DNA from: Coriobacteriia bacterium
Lineage (GTDB): Bacteria; Actinomycetota; Coriobacteriia; Anaerosomatales; SLCP01
Direction: 5' to 3'
Assembly (NCBI GenBank): GCA_007121015.1
Contig: SKMN01000048.1
Location: forward strand, 1,666 to 65,665
Length of the DNA stretch: 64,000 bases
Below, one piece after another: positions 62,160 to 64,000 of the stretch. A program made the translations under genes and the position numbers. The stretch's first letter is position 1, and each line of letters opens with the position of its first letter. The notes below the pieces were generated by a model, which was given only the letters and a program-made list of their open reading frames with translations, searched no databases and was not told the origin of the DNA.

Positions 62160-63998
62160 CTATCTTGTCGCGTTCCACTTGTAGCTCATATTGGCCCTGA
62201 AAGCAGTGGAGTTCTCGTCATGCGACGCGGTTCCAACCACGGTGCTGGCCGACGTGAAGGTGCCACTGACCTGTTTTCTTCCGCCGACAGACGATATGGT
62301 TCCCCACGTATGGGAGAACGCGCCGTTGGTGATCGGGATGTCTTGGTACACGTACGCGACCATGGTGACGTTGGAGTAGGGATACTTGACGATCATCGAT
62401 GCACCTTGCGGCAGCGTGGACCCCTCTCTCGTGATCATGTTATTCCTGACGTTCAGCGTCACCGCCTCGTAGGTGGTTCCATCTATGAAGCCGTGCCAGA
62501 CGCCGTTCTGGACGCTGCCTGGCGGGCTAGGAGGGCTCCACGAGCCGGCTAGCGCTGCAATCACGTCGTTGCGTACACTTTGCGTGAGTGCTCCGGTGCC
62601 ACCGAAGAACGTCACAGTACTGATGGAAGAACGCTTGGTGTAGAGCGTCTCCCCCGTTTCGTGACACAGGATGTTCGACGGCGTGAGCAGCATGACGCTC
62701 CCGACCTTTCCTTGCAGGACACCTCCGGCGAGTGCATCGGGGTAGTTCATGCCGGTTGCGATCCCCGCGCGATTCCAGCCGAGGCCAGCACTGTTCACTC
62801 CGTATGCTGCCACTTTGCAGGCGGTGTCGTAGCGGTTGCTGCCTGCGAGCCGCGATACGCTGAAGGCGCCTGAGAGGTCGGATTGCACTGCGCTTGAGAC
62901 CGCGGCGGTGCCTCCGAGGATGATGACCTCGTTGACCCCCGCCATCGCGGTCTTCGTCGCTCCTGAGAGTCCGGTCGTAGGGTTGGCGAGGTACAAGGGC
63001 CACCCGTTGGCTGCGGCAAGCGGCGCCGCGGCGAGCGCATCGGGGAAGTTCCCCCCGGTGGAGACGAACGCTCTGCCGTCGAATGAGGCTCCGAGTTCGG
63101 TGATCACGCGACGCGCGACCCTGTTGGCGGTGTCGTACCGGTCGGACCCGGCTATGCGGTCGACAGACCCGACCTCAGACCTGAGGGCGCTCTCCACACC
63201 GGCGCTCACCGCCGAGTAGCCACCGAGTATCACGGCCCGGTGAGCTCCGAGGCGGCGGATCTCTGTGCGCACGGCGGCAGGCAACGAACCGGGTTCGGTG
63301 AGCAGGATCGGCCCATCGAGCACGCCTGCAAGAGCAGAGCCACCGAGCGCATCAGGCCAGTTCATTCCCGTCGCGATCACGACCGTGGACGCCGTACCGG
63401 GATAGGCGAGCTTGGACGCCTCGATCGCCGTTTCGTAACGCGTCCCGCCAGCTACCTCGAGAACCGGCGGAAGCGGCGGCGCAACGGTCACATCGACATC
63501 GGTCGTGTTCGAATAGGCTCTGCCGTCGTGGGCGCGATACGTGAACGTGTCCACCCCATGGAACCCTGCGTTCGGCGTGTAAGTGAAGCCGCCGTTCGCG
63601 TTAAGGGTCACCGTGCCGTTCGAGGGGTCACCTACCTTCGATGCCGTTAGCGTGTCATCCTCGGCATCCGTGTCATTGGACAGTACTCCCGGAGCGGGAA
63701 CGATGAGCGGGGTCTCGTATGCGGTCTGGTAGCTGTCCGGATTGGCGATCGGGGGCGTGTTAGGAGTCGCCACCTCTGCAGTGACCCGGACGTTGTCGAC
63801 ATAGGCGCCTTCGCCGGTGACGCTCTCGTCGCTCACGAAGATGAACGCGATCCAGACGGTAGGTTCGCCGGTGAAGTCGACCGCGCCGTCACCGTGGACG
63901 TCGGCGAGGTCGATCTCGACCGCATACCAGCCATCCGAGTTGCCCGTCCACCCTCGCGTTGCGAAAGAGGATCCGTCTGCGGAAACCCCGGCCAACAA
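62160..63998 (-). CDS. Surface protein (5'-truncated by the window edge) with a Big_9/cadherin-like module, three CWB2 repeats and an unassigned C-terminal domain of about 150 aa
   Basis: It has VLSNDTDAEDDTL...FTYRAHDG and CWB2 repeats (GGTRYETA.., GSDRYDTA.., GSNRYDTA..). The ORF is open to the end of the window. Confidence 0.8.
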   Translation of the reverse strand: MLAGVSADGSSFATRGWTGNSDGWYAVEIDLADVHGDGAVDFTGEPTVWIAFIFVSDESVTGEGAYVDNVRVTAEVATPNTPPIANPDSYQTAYETPLIVPAPGVLSNDTDAEDDTLTASKVGDPSNGTVTLNANGGFTYTPNAGFHGVDTFTYRAHDGRAYSNTTDVDVTVAPPLPPVLEVAGGTRYETAIEASKLAYPGTASTVVIATGMNWPDALGGSALAGVLDGPILLTEPGSLPAAVRTEIRRLGAHRAVILGGYSAVSAGVESALRSEVGSVDRIAGSDRYDTANRVARRVITELGASFDGRAFVSTGGNFPDALAAAPLAAANGWPLYLANPTTGLSGATKTAMAGVNEVIILGGTAAVSSAVQSDLSGAFSVSRLAGSNRYDTACKVAAYGVNSAGLGWNRAGIATGMNYPDALAGGVLQGKVGSVMLLTPSNILCHETGETLYTKRSSISTVTFFGGTGALTQSVRNDVIAALAGSWSPPSPPGSVQNGVWHGFIDGTTYEAVTLNVRNNMITREGSTLPQGASMIVKYPYSNVTMVAYVYQDIPITNGAFSHTWGTISSVGGRKQVSGTFTSASTVVGTASHDENSTAFRANMSYKWNATR

Positions 63999-64000
63999 GC

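Noticed and set aside
62021-62160. tRNA-Val as a possible genomic-island integration site
   Set aside because: No integrase, direct repeat of the tRNA 3' end, or compositional shift is visible on either side. The tRNA is followed only by a bidirectional terminator and a chromosomal-looking surface-protein gene.

Overview
This is a GC-rich window with strongly GC3-biased codons. It is densely coding, with about 65 supportable genes, one tRNA, and no transposase, integrase, phage gene, rRNA or CRISPR array. The gene content looks like an anaerobic, Actinomycetota-like monoderm, though that taxonomic call is inference only. Supporting genes include an Isf-type iron-sulfur flavoprotein, COG1149-type MinD/ferredoxin ATPases with NifX-like proteins, a desulforedoxin-like mini-protein, a membrane-anchored hexaheme cytochrome c, and four surface proteins carrying CWB2 cell-wall-binding repeats.

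Ordinary content:
- Core and metabolic genes: merR-like/prfC, a PEBP protein, an SRPBCC protein, an FAD monooxygenase, a pyridine-nucleotide disulfide oxidoreductase and a stand-alone LigD phosphoesterase domain.
- Nickel uptake: a NikR-linked ECF nickel/cobalt importer.
- More enzymes: an SDR, an MBL-rhodanese fusion and kynureninase.
- Regulation and transport: an ECF sigma/anti-sigma-like pair, a CNNM protein, an AI-2E transporter and a CPA2 antiporter.
- Others: a glutamine-synthetase-family gene, an ATP-grasp enzyme and a CocE/NonD hydrolase.

Loci most worth a second look:
1. A translationally coupled ten-gene Mrp/Mbh-type operon (42452-51909) has four tandem antiporter-like subunits and no redox module. 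The terminal subunit carries a roughly 300-aa hydrophilic C-terminal extension ending in one TM helix.
2. A NOX/ferric-reductase-type flavocytochrome b gene is followed 10 nt later by a signal-anchored hexaheme cytochrome c (59908-61867). This could be a minimal outward electron conduit.
3. A PadR-DUF5320-NifX-like x2-MinD/4Fe-4S ATPase x2 operon (33402-36791) has a near-consensus promoter overlapped by palindromic operator-like repeats.
4. A tightly packed operon has two LctP-family permease paralogs flanking a signal-less gamma-glutamyltransferase-family gene (15284-20565).

All functional calls come from motif recognition by eye. No database search was run.
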